Assembly (NCBI RefSeq): GCF_006345805.1
Contig: NC_042997.1
Location: 98,518,001 to 98,582,000 of the forward strand
DNA from: Octopus sinensis
Lineage: Eukaryota
Direction of reading: 5' to 3'
DNA length: 64,000 bases
The notes below the pieces were generated by a model. That model made no database searches, was not told where the DNA came from, and saw nothing but the letters and a program-made list of their open reading frames with translations. Made by a program: the position numbers and the translations under genes. Within the stretch, counting starts at the first letter, position 1, and every line of letters begins with the position of its first letter. Shown piece after piece: positions 37,900-53,309 of the stretch.

Positions 37900-40800
37900 T
37901 TCATAATTAGGGAAGACCAAAAACATATACACAGATAGATGACATGAAAATTAAAAGCTTTCTGCATATTATACCCGATGAAATTTACTACTTATAAAAG
38001 CAATCACATATAATTAAAGTGACAATGTCCTAAAAATATGCTTCAACACACGAACTCACATAAAGAATCTTGCAAACCAAATCCCAAAATGAAGTAAAAT
38101 AAGCTTTGGCCAGGCTAGCAAGACGCTGAGTAACACCGTGTTCTGCTGTCTAAAAATTAAAATGGCTACCCTACAGCTCCACTTCATTAAACATGCATTC
38201 CATCCAAGCTATACACGAAATCTATCAATTCGGTTGTGAAACGTCTTGGACTCCCAGAACATCAAGCAAGAAAAGTAAAACACATGATGTTACAAAACAT
38301 CAAAAAAAAAAAAAAAGAAAAATATACACAGAAATCAACCAGTACCAAAAACGAAAGAGAGTCCTGCTACATGAACAAAAAAACATCACCACTACACCTC
38401 ACGAAACATCCAACAAGAATACCACTGAGTAAACCATGCCGGTAACAAACACGTCAACAATACGCTCAAGTGGATGAAACAGTAACAACAACGATCCCAG
38501 CATGGTAAGGATGAATACAAATACCCAAATAGTATCGACGGGATTGTCATGTCGGAATTTAAACTACCAGAAGACTCGGCGCCAGGGCACTGTAAACAAT
38601 GCCTCCACCACTACCACCACCACCACCACCACCAACAACAACAACAACGACAATTATATTTCTGGAATATACGGTGCAGTATAGATAGATACAGATGAAA
38701 TGCATGCTTTAGAGATACCACCAAAATTCCCTACATATAAAAAGATGAGAAAAATTGTTTGTCTATCTGAAATTGAAAAAACGTTCTTAAAATTAACATG
38801 GAGGTTAGGAGAATACAACAACAACACAATACAACAACAACAACAGCCAAAACAACGACAATAACAATAATGATGTCGATGACAACAACAATAGTGGCAA
38901 TAACAATAACAGCAATGATAACCCCATTTCCCACTCAAACAACTATAACAACAACAACACAAGCATACGAAAGCGAAACAACTATTATAATAACAACAAT
39001 AACGGTGATAATAGCAACAGCTACAATGACGACATCTCACAGACAGACAATGCCAACCATATGATTCACGTCACTACCAACAACACCACCCACGTCAACA
39101 CCAACACCAGCCGCAATAATAACAACAACAATGGACACAACACAAGCACTATCATCACCACCACCACCACCACAACCGCCAGCAACTACTACAACAACCA
39201 CAACGATAATAACACCCTACACTGCCTTCTATAACCCTAACAACAAATCTTATTAAATGACGATGATCTATCCCACAGACTTACCCTTCAACAAAAGGGT
39301 ATGTATCCCACCCCAGATTGACAGTGAAGCAGAAGCAAAGATCTCCTTAGCTAGAAATAGACTCCAACACATCTTAGACCGGTACAACAAAACCACTAAA
39401 AAACATAATGAGGAGGGGACCCACCAACTCATCTGTTGCTAAAGGTCTACAGAAACTGTAGCAGTGAATTAGGAATAGGGAATTAGTATGCCTCTCTACG
39501 ATCAAGTCTGGTAGACTGTCAACAGACAGCCCACGGAATTCTGTCCAGACCATGCAACAACATATCAGTAGCATGAGAGGAGTTGCACCACAGGAACCTG
39601 AAAGAGCGGAAAACTCTTCAATGCACACATGGAAATGTGGTGCAACATACTCCAACTTAAGAAACGGCCTGCACATAATTTCCCAGCATCCAACAACGAT
39701 GTTCCTACGCTATACGGGTTACGCAAAGACCATAAATCCTACGTAAACCCAGTTAAGGGGCCTCGAGCCCAACCAGTTTGCGGAGCGAATATGTCCAGTA
39801 ATTATAGATGGTCCTACTTCCTCTTAGAGGTGTTACCACCTCTCATAATAATGTCCCCAGATGTTTGTATGAGCACGGAGGATCTCCTCAGTAAAATTAG
39901 TACTTGCAACCACTCCAACGACCTAACAGGTTGTGTAGTGGGTAGTATGAAGGTAATTTCACTCTACATATCTATTGACATAGGTTTTGCTATTGAGAAA
40001 TGCATTGAAATAATCTGTGAGAGTGAAGTAGAGTTCTGTGAAATCAATATACGAGAACTAGGCCTCCTCCTTAGACTAAGCTACGACAAAGTATATTTAG
40101 ACGATCATGAACTCAGTAGATTCTGCCCCACCAGATCACAGAGGGAAAGACCACCTCAGCAGTGAAGTAAAGCACCGCAGAGTGCTGGGATGGCTGGAAT
40201 GCACCCACCCAAGACCCTAACAATCAGGTGAAAGGAATGGTTGCTCAAACAACAGGGGCTAGCGTAAGAACCACTTTGAAGAACCACCTAGTAAAGTTTA
40301 AGAAGAAACTATAAATTCAGGTTCAATGTGCAGTCATTGGTGTCGGTATTGTTGGAGATATAACCGACCTCTTCATGATCTGGTGGGACAAAAACTTAAG
40401 CAATCCTTAGCGGAATAGTCCACAACTCTTTTACTTTACAGTAGGTATGTAGACGACATTAATATCCTAGTTAAGACCAACTCCAGTAACTGTAATGTAG
40501 AAACTGACCAAAACATAATGCAGAGCATCTATCTAGTAGCTAACTCTATTCACCAATATATTAATGCAGCTATATATTGCCCCACAAGGCACCCTAACAA
40601 TAGACTCCCTAAATTTGGTTAGAGACTGCGAACAACAATGAGCTTCTCCTCCATTTCTATTACATGAAACCCATAGCTTCGAAATATGTTGTTTACAAGA
40701 ACTCATCTTTGTCACACAACATGAAAATTAACATACCGATAGCAGACTTAGTTAGGATAATGATCAACGTGTCCCCACTATGCAAAACCTATGAAACGAA

Positions 40801-41532
40801 GAAACATGTACAGAACTTCCTCCACCCTATGCAATTCTCGGGATATGATCAAACGTATAAGGTTCGATTACACGGGGTGAAAGGAAGAAGTTAGATAACA
40901 TTATATGTAATGAAAGCAGTGGTACCTGACCTACATATAGAAGCGAAGACTGGAACAAAATACAAAGAGCTTGTGACAAAGTATACAGGGAGAACAGGTG
41001 GTATAAAACTAACAAATACCAAGGAGTGGTGTTTGTAGAGGCTACAGTCCATGGAGAACTAGCCTGTAGATTTAGGAAAGCTCTGAAGGAGACCAAACTC
41101 AACATTGAGATTGTTGTAAAGCTAGTGAGTTCCATCAGATCATAACTATGTAGGACTTATACCTTTGAGAATATCATACGCGCCAATGATAACTGCATGG
41201 TGTGTAGGATTAACCCTGACATTAACTGTAGAACTAGAAATGTAGTCTACAGCATAAGATGTATAGAAAGTGCTTGTAAAGACATGAACATGACATACAT
41301 AGCAGAGACATCTAGGAGCCTTGCGGAAAGACTAAATGAACATTTGAGACAAAATAACGACAGAAAACAGTCCTCCATAATCTACCAACATGCCAAGGAC
41401 CGACATGGAGGCAACCTGGGTCAACTTGACATCCGCATTTGATCCAAGCACTCAAAGGACCCACTCTCAGAGAAATACAGGAGTACATTATCATGAAACA
41501 TCCCCCAGTGCTAAATAGGAAATATACGTAGT
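37900..41532 (+). mobile_element. Degenerate Penelope-like retroelement (RT + GIY-YIG endonuclease)
   Basis: PTLYGLRKDHK..GP.AQPVC; SLYISID; YSRYVDDI (YVDD 40446-40457); YMKPIAS; CMVC..NCRTRNVVYSIRC..TYIAETSRSLAERLNEH..IYQHAKDRH (41197-41442). Low-complexity Thr/Asn N-terminal region; the 5' boundary is approximate. Confidence 0.92.
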
Positions 41533-42009
41533 AGGTAATCGTACCCTCATAACCACAGTTTATATTTATATACAGGTAGAATAGTTAGTGGGCTGTTATG
41601 TGAATGTTTGTGTATGTGTGTGTGTGTGTGCGTGTGTGTGTGTGTGTCTGTGTCTGTGTGTGTCTGTGTGAGTATACGTATATGTATATGCATATGTATG
41701 TAGGCAAATGGACATAAATGTAAACTGATAGGCATACAGACAGATAGGTACATAGGTAATATGAACAAACAAGCACAAGTTCTCACATTCTTAAACCTGA
41801 AACACATGATCATATACATACTTCACTTCACACAATGATACATAGGTACACACACTAGTTACTATTGTGTGCCAGACACAAGCAGAACATATAAATTTCA
41901 TACATAACATGCTTTAGAGCATTGGTTTCACTTGTTGTAATAGGAGTGTCAGGCGAAATTGTGACCCGGTAGGAAACTGGAATGGAACGCTAGCACAGAC
42001 CATAACATA

Positions 42010-43297
42010 CGAGGGGCGTTCAATAAGTAATGCCTCTGACCCACTTGTATTTGTTTGATCTTGTATTTGTTTGAAAATTTATATGTGCAATTATTTATAT
42101 CTCTATAGATTAAGTGGCAAATTACAGCTCTGAACTAATTTTGGTTTCTGATATACAGGTGTTTGAACTGAGTCAAGTGTGAAATGGAGCCTGTTGAGTG
42201 TCGAGCAGTGATCTGGTTTTTGTATTTGAAAGGACGCACACCACGGGAGACTTTTGATGAAATGAAAGTAACTTATGGTGATAATGCCCCAACATATGAC
42301 CTTGTAAAACGCTGGCATCGTGAATTCAAACATGGTTGGAACTCTGTGGAAACAGCTCCCAGGTCTGGTCGGCCCCCCTTCTGCATCTGTCCGTCAAGTT
42401 GAGGCTGCCATTTTGGAAGATCGACGCATAACTATTCGCCAAATAGCCCATGAGGTCAAGTTTAGTACCAGGTCTGTGGAAACTATCATTCATGACCATT
42501 TGCATATGCAAAAGGTGTCTGCCAGATGGATTCCCAGGTTGCTCACACCTTTCCAGAAGCAAGAACTCGTCGAGTGCTCGAGGGTGAATTTGGAGACGTA
42601 CCAAGAAGATGAGTCAAAATTTTTCAAAAGACTGATTACACAGGATGAAACCTGGGTCCATCACTATGATCCAGAGACCAAAGCCCAGTCAATGCAGTGG
42701 AAGCACCGTGTGTCACCTCCTCCAAAGAAGGCAAGGGTGCAGCCCTCCGCTGGCAAGGTCGTGCTCACAGTCTTCTGGGACCAGGACGGAGTAGTGATGA
42801 CAGATTTCCTGGCAAAGGGTACCACATTTACAGGAGCCTATTATGCTTCACTTTTGATGAAATTAAGAGAAGTTATCAAAATCAAGAGGCGAGGCAAGAT
42901 CAGCAAAGGCATCCTCCTCCTGCAGGACAAAGCTCCGGTCTACAACTCGCGTGTCGCCAGATCAGAAACACAGGCATGTGGCTATGAGCTCCTCCCCCAT
43001 CCCCCTACTCTCCTGACCTTGCACCCTCTGATTTTCACCTCTTCCCAGCCATGAAGTTGTTTTTGAAAGGAAAGCGTTTCCCAGATGATGCAGCCTTGAT
43101 TTCTGATGTCACGTCGTGGTTGGAGGACCAAGCTGGGGTCTTCTACAAAAACGGTCTCCAGGGTTGCATCAAACGATGGGAGAAATGTGTAACTCTGAGT
43201 GGTTCCTATGTAGAAAAAGACTAATAACTGTGCCAAGTTTCGTTGCTCTACTGCTATGGGAAGTGGGTCAGGGGCATTACTTATTGAACGTTCCTCG
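42010..43297 (+). mobile_element. Full-length mariner transposon (1288 bp)
   Basis: 37-bp TIRs cgaggggcgttcaataagtaatgcctctgacccactt / aagtgggtcaggggcattacttattgaacgttcctcg (3 mismatches). TA on the left, TG on the right. Confidence 0.96.
42184..43224 (+). pseudogene. Mariner DD34D transposase with two frameshifts
   Basis: MEPVECRAVI.., WIPRLL, ITQDETWVHHY, LQDKAP, and after a frameshift near 43005 YSPDLAPSDFHLF..RWEKCV..YVEKD*. First frameshift near 42380. Confidence 0.93.
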
Positions 43298-43469
43298 TGT
43301 GACAGAAGAGGATCCCCATAAACTGGTTACAATATAAACAAAACCGAAAGCATAATAAATAAAATACACAGGTAAATAAACAAATAGAAATAAATAACTA
43401 GATAGGTTTTTTGGTTTTTTTTAATTTAAAAAATTTTTTGGATTTTTTAAATTAAAATTTTTTTTAATG

Positions 43470-43470
<1 letters not shown>

Positions 43471-43518
<48 letters not shown>

Positions 43519-43563
43519 GTTATTACTAGTATTATTGTTATACATACATACATACAAGCATAC

Positions 43564-43627
<64 letters not shown>

Positions 43628-43636
43628 TAATAATAA
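43471..43636. repeat. Opposed (TAT)n and (AAT)n tracts
   Basis: Direct reading. Confidence 0.9.
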
Positions 43637-44072
43637 GTGGATGTAAACATGAACAAAATGAAAAAACACAATTACACGGATGTATATAAACAGAATATAC
43701 AAAGATTACAGACATTTTCCCCACACACATACACGCTAACTAAATATAGACGCACATAGAGATATACGCATGCGCAAATGAAGACACATACCATATAAAT
43801 ACAAAATGGCTGACAGTTAGTTAGGAGAGACACAAATAAGAAAGAAGAAAGCAAAAGACCATTGATGCGGTCACAGGAGTGTGACGAAAGAACTCTGGCC
43901 GAAATAAGATTAAGATTAATGTAAAAAATGAATAACACTGGAGCAAAGTAACACCAAATATATAGTGCGTATGTTTTTTATTGGCTAAACTGGCAAAATG
44001 ACCATTTCGAAATACAACAATGTCTGTTTCAACACACGACTTCACATAAAAAATCTTACACAACAAGATATA

Positions 44073-44132
<60 letters not shown>

Positions 44133-44200
44133 TATATATATATATATGTATGTATGTATATATGCACTTATGTATATCTATATTTATGCATAAATATATA

Positions 44201-45131
44201 CAGGGTGCGTAAGGTATTTGAGGACATACCCTTTTTAAGTCATTGCTGCATCTTTTTGCTAAGTCTGTATAATCTTTGTTTCAGAAAATAACAATGGTAG
44301 ACTCTTAGCTTACTCAAGAAATGAAGGAGCATGCTGTTATTGTATTTATAAAAAGTGAGCATAGCGATTTAGAAATATATGGAATTTTAAAAGTTGCCAG
44401 ATCTTTCGTCTACAAAGTTTTTAAAGAGCTAGAGACTAAAGATGGAAACGCATCACAGTATCAAAGCATTAAAAGCATTCTAAATGCTCTGAAATTATCA
44501 GAACACCTGAATTGATCCAGCAAGTTCAACAGAAAGTCCATGAGGTCAATTGAAAAAGAGCTCCATGTGTCAGAATGTACAGTCAGAGATGTTGCCCGCA
44601 AAGAGATCAGCTATATGTTTTATATGGTGAGGAAATGCCAGTTTGTCAGAAAAAGCAAAAGAAAATCACTACATCGGATCTAAAAGGCTCTTAAACAAAC
44701 TGAAAAATCCAGCAGAAGATTTGATTTGGTTTTTCTCAAACGAGAAAAGCTTCGACCAAGAGAAATGACAGATAGTTATGTACAGACACTTCTGGAGTTC
44801 CAAGTATTATGCTTACAGAATTTCCTACAACTGTCATGGTTTTAGGTTCGTCAGCAATGAAGGACATGTGATGCCTCCTTACTTCTGTCCACAAGGTCTT
44901 AGGGTTATCTCTGCCATCTAGATTGAGGTCCTGGAAATAATTGTTAAGCCCTGGATAGACAGTGTATGCAATAGAAGACCATATGTGTTTCAATAAGACT
45001 TTGCACTATCACACTTGGCTCTAGCAACATAGGAATGGATGGCTGAAACTATTCATGATCACATAACCCCTAACATCTGGCTTCCCAATTCCTTAGATCT
45101 CAATCCATTGGACTATTACATGTGGAGTGTT

Positions 45132-45180
<49 letters not shown>

Positions 45181-45285
45181 AATGAACACGCCTATAATAC
45201 CAAAGATTCTTTGAAAGCTGCCATAGTCAGACTAATGTCCAAAATGAACCAGGATCACTTGATTAAAGCATGTAGATGATTTAGA
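44201..45285 (+). mobile_element. DD37D (maT-type) transposon relic, 3'-truncated by the adjacent palindrome
   Basis: TA|CAGGGTG terminus; WFFSNEKSF, VMVLG.VSNEG, IWLPNSLDLNPLDYYMWSVVERE, IKACR*FRS, then an abrupt end. Confidence 0.87.
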
Positions 45286-46381
<1,096 letters not shown>

Positions 46382-46445
46382 CAAAAAAGTTCGCGTCAAT
46401 GACCTTACACACGCACCTACACACACACAAACGCACACACAAACG

Positions 46446-46478
<33 letters not shown>

Positions 46479-46499
46479 GCACACAAACATACATACGAG

Positions 46500-46800
46500 A
46501 AACATGACCTTGTGTTCTGTGTGTCGCCCTCACGATTGTGAGATCGCGGTTTCAACTCTTGGACCGAATAATGCGTTGTGGTCTTTAGCAAAACACCTAA
46601 TCTTACGTTGCTCTACGATCACTTAGACACCTGACGTGTAGTACACTGTGTATATTTACTGTACAAGCAATGCCAATTTGATGGAGGAAGGGAGCAATTG
46701 GACAGCATATATATCTGCTTTCTAAAAACAAATCATTTGTGCAGGTCGATCGGCAAACACAGAACACTCATATGTCATCATTAAAGGGAGAATCCATCGT
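46500..46800 (+). mobile_element. Degenerate SINE related to families A/C
   Basis: ctcacgattgtgagatcgcggtttcaactc..gcgttgtggtctttagcaaaacacc. Confidence 0.6.
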
Positions 46801-46844
46801 AAAAAGATATGTAATGAAATATGCGTATATAGTCTGAATTTTAT

Positions 46845-47480
46845 AGAGATAATAATCCACCACGGCTAGCCTTACCAATCGGCTTCGGGACGTAAAATTA
46901 TATAACGGAGTGTTACCCAATAAAGCGGTCATATAATAGACGCTCGTCAGAGATAGCCGACATGAAAGGGGAAACGAGCAAGACCTTCTAATAGGACTAT
47001 TCTCTTCTCTGACAAAACAAAAATATCTCTATAGGATAAGTTGTGGCACACATGCACAGCACCTTAATAACAGTATTACACAAACATACGGGAAGGCCAC
47101 CCCCTACACATATGATAATATTAAACAGGAGGCCAAAGATATAGCAATTAAACTAAGTATAGAAGATACGATAGAGACTCTGGTGAAGAGAGACATTCCT
47201 TTCTATTAGCATTGGCCTATACATGAATGAAGAGCTGGCAATTTCAACAGGTGCCAACGGCCATACGAAAGATAGACTCCGAAAAGAACTCGCGCCCACT
47301 ATGAACTCTCTCGGACTAAGGGTTATTACAGAGGCCAATCTGAAAACAGTTGATTTTCTTGATGTGACCCTGGATCTGGATTCAGGTGCCTGTAGTTCCT
47401 TTAAAAAACCTAATGAGAAGTTGTGTTTCCTGGGGCTAAACAACAGTAGCAATCGTCCCTTCCAAGACAGCCACATTATG
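46845..47480 (+). mobile_element. Penelope-like RT fragment
   Basis: IGLYMNEELAI (GLYRDDGLA-like), DRLRKEL..LGLRVITEANLKTVDFLDVTLDL.SG..FKKPN. Ends at (TA)n. Confidence 0.8.
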
Positions 47481-47502
47481 CTGGCAAAGACCCTTTACTA
47501 TA

Positions 47503-47561
<59 letters not shown>

Positions 47562-47757
47562 TTTTTTACTTTTCTTTGAAGTCATTAAAGTACAATTTTG
47601 ATAAACTGATAAATGATTAACTATAGCTTTATTCTATAGGTATATAGGTTATTGAGTCACCTTGCATTTCGTCTGAATGACGACGATGATGATGGTGGTG
47701 ATGATAATGATGATGATGATGATGTTAATGATGTTGAGAATGATGATGATGATGATG

Positions 47758-47793
<36 letters not shown>

Positions 47794-47849
47794 TATCCAT
47801 CCATTCACATATGTTCCATATAGACGCATTATATTACATTACGTGTAAG

Positions 47850-47881
<32 letters not shown>

Positions 47882-48355
47882 GGTGCAGCGACTAGTTTCA
47901 GTTTAAATATATTATCAATTTAGGAAGACATCAATATCTGAAAGGAAAAAAAATGAAAAAAAAGCAAAACAAAATAATCACTTAAATAAAATAAATAAAT
48001 AAAATAATAAGCTAAACGAATGAAATAGGATGGTAAATAAAATAAAATGAAACAAAATGAATTCTAAAGATACGTTAACGAAATGTGAAAGTTTCTCTGC
48101 ATAGCAGAACTTATTTAAACTCTACATGCAATCTGTAGATCAATAATAATTTATTTTGGGGTTGACTGCGTGTATGTTTTAAACCACTTTTATCTCTGAG
48201 GATGTCTTTGAAAGCTTTTTCCGTTATTGATTTTACTTGCGATACTACAAAATATCGTTAAGTTCTTTTAATTTAGAAAATCGACAAGCTTTGGTGTATC
48301 TCCAGCGAATTCTTTAATTAATTTGTATTTTCTTTATGACATAATTATCTATATA

Positions 48356-48765
48356 GGTGCAGGCGTCGTTGTTTGGTAAGCTGTTTGCTTCCCAGCCCCA
48401 TGATTCTGCGGTCAGTCCCACTGTGTGGCACCTTGGGCAAGTGTCTTTTACTATAGCCCCGGGCCTTGTGATTGGATTTGATAGACCTAAACTGAAACAA
48501 AACCCGTCATATATATATATGTGTGTGTGTATGTGTGTGCGTGTTTTCTGTGCAGGCGTATGTGTTTGTACGTATCACAGCTTGACAACTGGTACTGGCT
48601 TTTTTGCATCCCCATAATCTAGCGGTTCAGGATAAGAGACCAATAGAAAATGTACCGAGTTTGAAATATATGAGTATTAGTATCGATTCGTTCGACTAAA
48701 AACCCCTCAAAGCGATGCCCCAGCGTGGCCACAGTCAAATAGCCGAAACAAATAAAAGTTGAAAG
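48356..48765 (+). mobile_element. Full-length SINE family B (diverged)
   Basis: Colinear with 27889-28306. Confidence 0.85.
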
Positions 48766-51700
48766 ATGTATATGCACACATACATACGCATGCGCGCGTA
48801 CATATGAACAGATATGTATGACGTCTGATTTTTTTTTAGAAATAGCGTCAACTAATATATATTAGAATTATTATTATTATTGCAATGTGATAAACAAACC
48901 ACCGACTGGTTGTTTTTCGGTTTTATGTCACACACACACGCATAGTTTCATATTTTCGGCCGTTATTTAAAGACATTATGCGGTGATTTGTGGGATAATT
49001 AGGTGCTATTTCTAGCAGATATATCGACTGCACGCTAAACAAGTTTTTAATAGTATATACATATAATTTGCATAAACCCTTAATATCTAACCACTAACTT
49101 ATGTCAAAATTACATTGTTGAATTTAGTTTATAAAGTATTAATGATTTAGCATACTCATAAGACAGATTTAAAATTATATTACTCTGTGTAGCACGATTT
49201 TTGTCCTTGGGTAGCAACTGTTATCTCCTAATTCTTTACCAATTGAAAGTATGAAAAATGGCCAATATTTCCTTCAAGCTTTGCTTTTATTACATTTATC
49301 CAAGCTTCAAATAATGCCTCCCAGCACATAGCTATGATGCTCCTTCACTACTCCTACTCGCGCACGTATCGTCAGCCACTAAAGGACATGCTCAAATGGT
49401 TATGGTCAAATCGAAAGATAGGTTAATTTTGTTTCCTTCCTATATGTGAACAATATTTCTTCATTTCTTTAAAATTATAGTCCCTATAGCAATATTGTCA
49501 TGTCAACAACAGGCAGAGTAAGTTACATTAGGGAGCACAAGTGATAAAGAACTGAATCTACTCTTAAAGTTAAAAAAAACTGAGAGAAGAGATAGGATTG
49601 AATGAAAGCAGCTGTAGAGCTATATGTGTCGGTTCTGAGCAAATACAGAGTTCAAAATGAACATATGAAACATCATTTTTATTAAAAATATCAAAATTGG
49701 TATTTTAGAATTTCATTGTAATTTTAAATTAATCCAAATTGCTGCTTGAAGTTTTTGTTACGTAAACAGAATGATTTGCATTAGCATCATCATTAGAATT
49801 CAATTTTACCTTAACATGGTTCCTAATTCTCATATAAAGATTAAACATATGTGGATATATCTTCACTAGAAACCCTTCTGAAGTGGCTATCTTGCGCAGT
49901 GTTCGTGGAAAATCATGTGAAGGGAAGGATGTGAGAGTTTTAGCTTCTGATTTCTCCCTCTCTTACACAGAGAAAAACATGTTTCCCTGTAATATATTTA
50001 AGAAACAATGAAGTAAAAAGTATAATAATTCGAAAAGGGGCGATTTTTGTTCCCGAGTAATTTCTCGAGGAAGAAGGCAAGAGAACACTGATACCCCTGT
50101 TTCTTGAAAAAATAATAAAGTGCAATTCCACATGCAACTGCGAGAGGATTTGAACACTTTCTCCGATATATGGCAGAAAGTATAGCACCTTCTGCTTGCA
50201 AGCATTATATAGTACTTCTGACACTTTCTAAATCTCTTGTTGTTTAGAGGGTGTAATGATACCGTTCTTTCTGCATTTTAATAGTGCTTGTATATTGTTG
50301 ATCTATGGTGCTCTGATGAACACCTGTTATTGTGTCTGGGACAGATACTAATATAGGCAGAGTTCTTTTTAATGTTTGTCCCATAGCCCTGCTTTGTCAA
50401 TGAAAGGTAACCTATTACTTTCGGTGGTTGTAGTCGACATGTTTCAAAGAGCTGAGTGCAAAGTATTCTCGCCAAACAAGCAAGCATTAGCCTCTTTAGG
50501 TTCAACTTAAAGCAGAGGTTTACGATGAATTGGTAAATGATGGTCTCTAGGAAATTTGATGACAGGAAATCGCAATTACCGACATGGTTCTTATGAGAAG
50601 GTCTGCTCTTCAATTCTGCCTGGAGAGAACAGCTAGCTGGTGTACAAAATAAGAGGGCACTTGGGATACGCTGATAGTCTAGAGATAGTGACTTTCATGT
50701 GGATGAATTTGTTCATTTTCAGTCGTTGGAGTGATTTAATTTCTGTTTTTCATGATACGTTACATTTATACCTCTTCCCTTTGTAGTTACTGTTAAAAAC
50801 ATTTGGTTGTTCCGTATGTACGTATCTCAAACACTATGTGGGCAATGAATAAATGATTATTTTAGGATTAATCCTAATGTAAAAAAGATACAAACTCTAT
50901 TCATCTTTATGCTAAAAAAAATTAATAGATCTTCGAAAATACGAAATAATCGCGTCTAAGAATCCCTATTATTGTTATTTTTGAGCGAGCATGTAACTAT
51001 GTTATTTATAGATAACCTATATTCGTCTGAAGAGAAGCGATTGTATATCAATCTCATTGTATGTATTGCAAATTAAGTAATATTTCTTAAATGCAATAGC
51101 CTTTCAATCAATAGTTAAAGCAATATAATTCCTATGCTTTTCAGCTTAATTCTGCGCGAAATTATAGTGCTTCAATTAATAATAAGCTATTCATTTATCT
51201 GTTTATTTATTTAAGTTTATTTATTTTATATCATATTTTGTATATAATTCCGTGGTTGATTACATGTTTCCAACAGCATAATCAAGACTTCACTTCATTC
51301 TCACCAGGAGAGTGGCAAGAAGTTGTTATATTGTACAATAGAATAAATCTATAGATTTTTAACCAACATTCTGTTTAAGCTGGTGTCAATATACCATTTC
51401 TAAATAAAATACGGTAGTGAATATATAAAGAGGGATTATTTCCTATCTTGCATCTTGATTTCATCAGCCACCGAGTCCCTCTTTAACTGTTTCCCGAGAT
51501 ACGAAATTCTTTATTAAACTGTACAGGAAAAATCCATCTATGACCCATTCTTGTTAGCTGGTTAGATTAACTTACTACTCGTGCGATAACTGTGTTTTTT
51601 TAAAGCTATAATCTACTCTAGAATATATTTATAGATGTTATTTGTTGTTATCAGTACTGTACGTGTCGGGTTTGTTCGTGTCAGTAATATACGCATACAG

Positions 51701-52288
51701 ATTTTATGAACAAAAAAAATGGAGTTCAAAATCTAAGTGTTTCCTCAATTTCCTCATTTTTCTCCATTATCTGACATCGATATTCGCAGCCTCTCCGGAG
51801 ACAAGGTAGGGCATGAATGGCAAAGTCACGATTACAATTCTGACCATCAACTCTTCTAGAGTATTTTCAGGTTGGAATTATGGATAACCTTCCGAATGTT
51901 CGTGGTGTCTTATGCTACAGCGTTGTTGCGAATTCGAAATAAACGAAACGAGTACGGTTCTACAATTAGCTATCTCTGTACAACATGCACTTAGAGTGGC
52001 GAATCCTTCTGCACACAAATGCTATTGAAGGTTTATAACTTGTGGAGTTCTATCTAATATAAGTAATTGCGTAGAAGGTGAAGCCAAGTTCCTGTTGCGT
52101 CCAAGCTATTTGGTACAATTGATAATGTAGCTGCAGAAAGTTATACAGACATATATGTTGGTGAGTGTATGACTGTATGTACTTATATGTGTGTGTTTAT
52201 GTATATTATTGTTGATTTATATCAGTAATATAGGCAAACTTCGGCGAGAAAACAGAAACCTGGTGCTCTTCTAACGAAATCATCTAAT

Positions 52289-52605
52289 GGGGCTCAGTGG
52301 TTAGGGCATTCGGCTGACAATCGTAAGGTTATAAGCTCAATTTTTAGCGACGCGTTGTGTCCTTCAGCAAAACACTTTATTTCTCATTATTTAATTCCCA
52401 ATCAGCTGGCAAAAACGAGCAGCACCGCTATTTCAAAAGAGATAGCTTTGTCACATGCCGTGCCACGCTGAATCTCCCTGAGAAGCTACTTTAAGGGTAC
52501 ATGTGTCTGTGGAGTGCTCGGCCACTTGCACGTTAATTTCACGAGCAGGCTGTTCCATAGGTCACATTAACTGGAACCCACGTCGTCGTAATAGACTGAG
52601 TGCTA
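52289..52605 (+). mobile_element. SINE family A
   Basis: Colinear with 12501-12815. Confidence 0.85.
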
Positions 52606-53309
52606 GTAATTTACTTCGTATCGTGTAAGAAATACTTTCTTGATACTTTTATCAAAAATGCTGTGAATCAATGTCAAAAGCGTAACTTATAACACAGTTA
52701 TATAGTTACATACAGTTAAATCATTGCCAAAACAAAATATACTATAAAATTCTGGTTTCCACGAAAGAATAGCAGATACGCGCTCATAATACATATGACA
52801 TACACACACAACACATTCACGCAGCAAAACGCAGACACGCACAGCATAATGAATACAATGCAAACACATAGTAACTAAGGCGACTATGCTCGTATTTTGA
52901 TTTGGTTTTTTAATCTGGACTGACCGATGGCTAACAAACGACAACGATGCTAACAACAGTAGCAGCTTCACTACTCAACAAGCCAACACACCACAAATAG
53001 TATGACACATTGTACTAGGCACACCAACAATCGAAACACGGAGAACTAAATAATTTCTCCCATGTTTTACATTTCCTCATTTGAAAGTCATTTTAGCAAG
53101 CGTACGGTTCATTGTCTAGTTCTTATTGCAACGGCTTCATTATCGAAAATTAGCAAAGACCCAAGCCGTAAAGAATGCAGAAAATATGCGACCAGAAAAA
53201 AAATATAGGGAAACAGAAGACATAGACTTAATTGCCTGGCATTTCATACAGATACCCAACAATTTTATTTTTTTCATTTTCTTGAGCAATTTACTTAATA
53301 TTCTTTTCT

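Noticed and set aside
38570-39250. Cys-rich and Thr-rich ORFs (38654-39040, 38798-39064)
   Set aside because: A low-complexity ACA/CCA region in the Penelope 5' part; not a metallothionein or mucin gene.
50310-50340. CTGATGA-acac..gtgt (also CTGATGA on the minus strand at ~14807)
   Set aside because: Not followed by GAAA; expected by chance.
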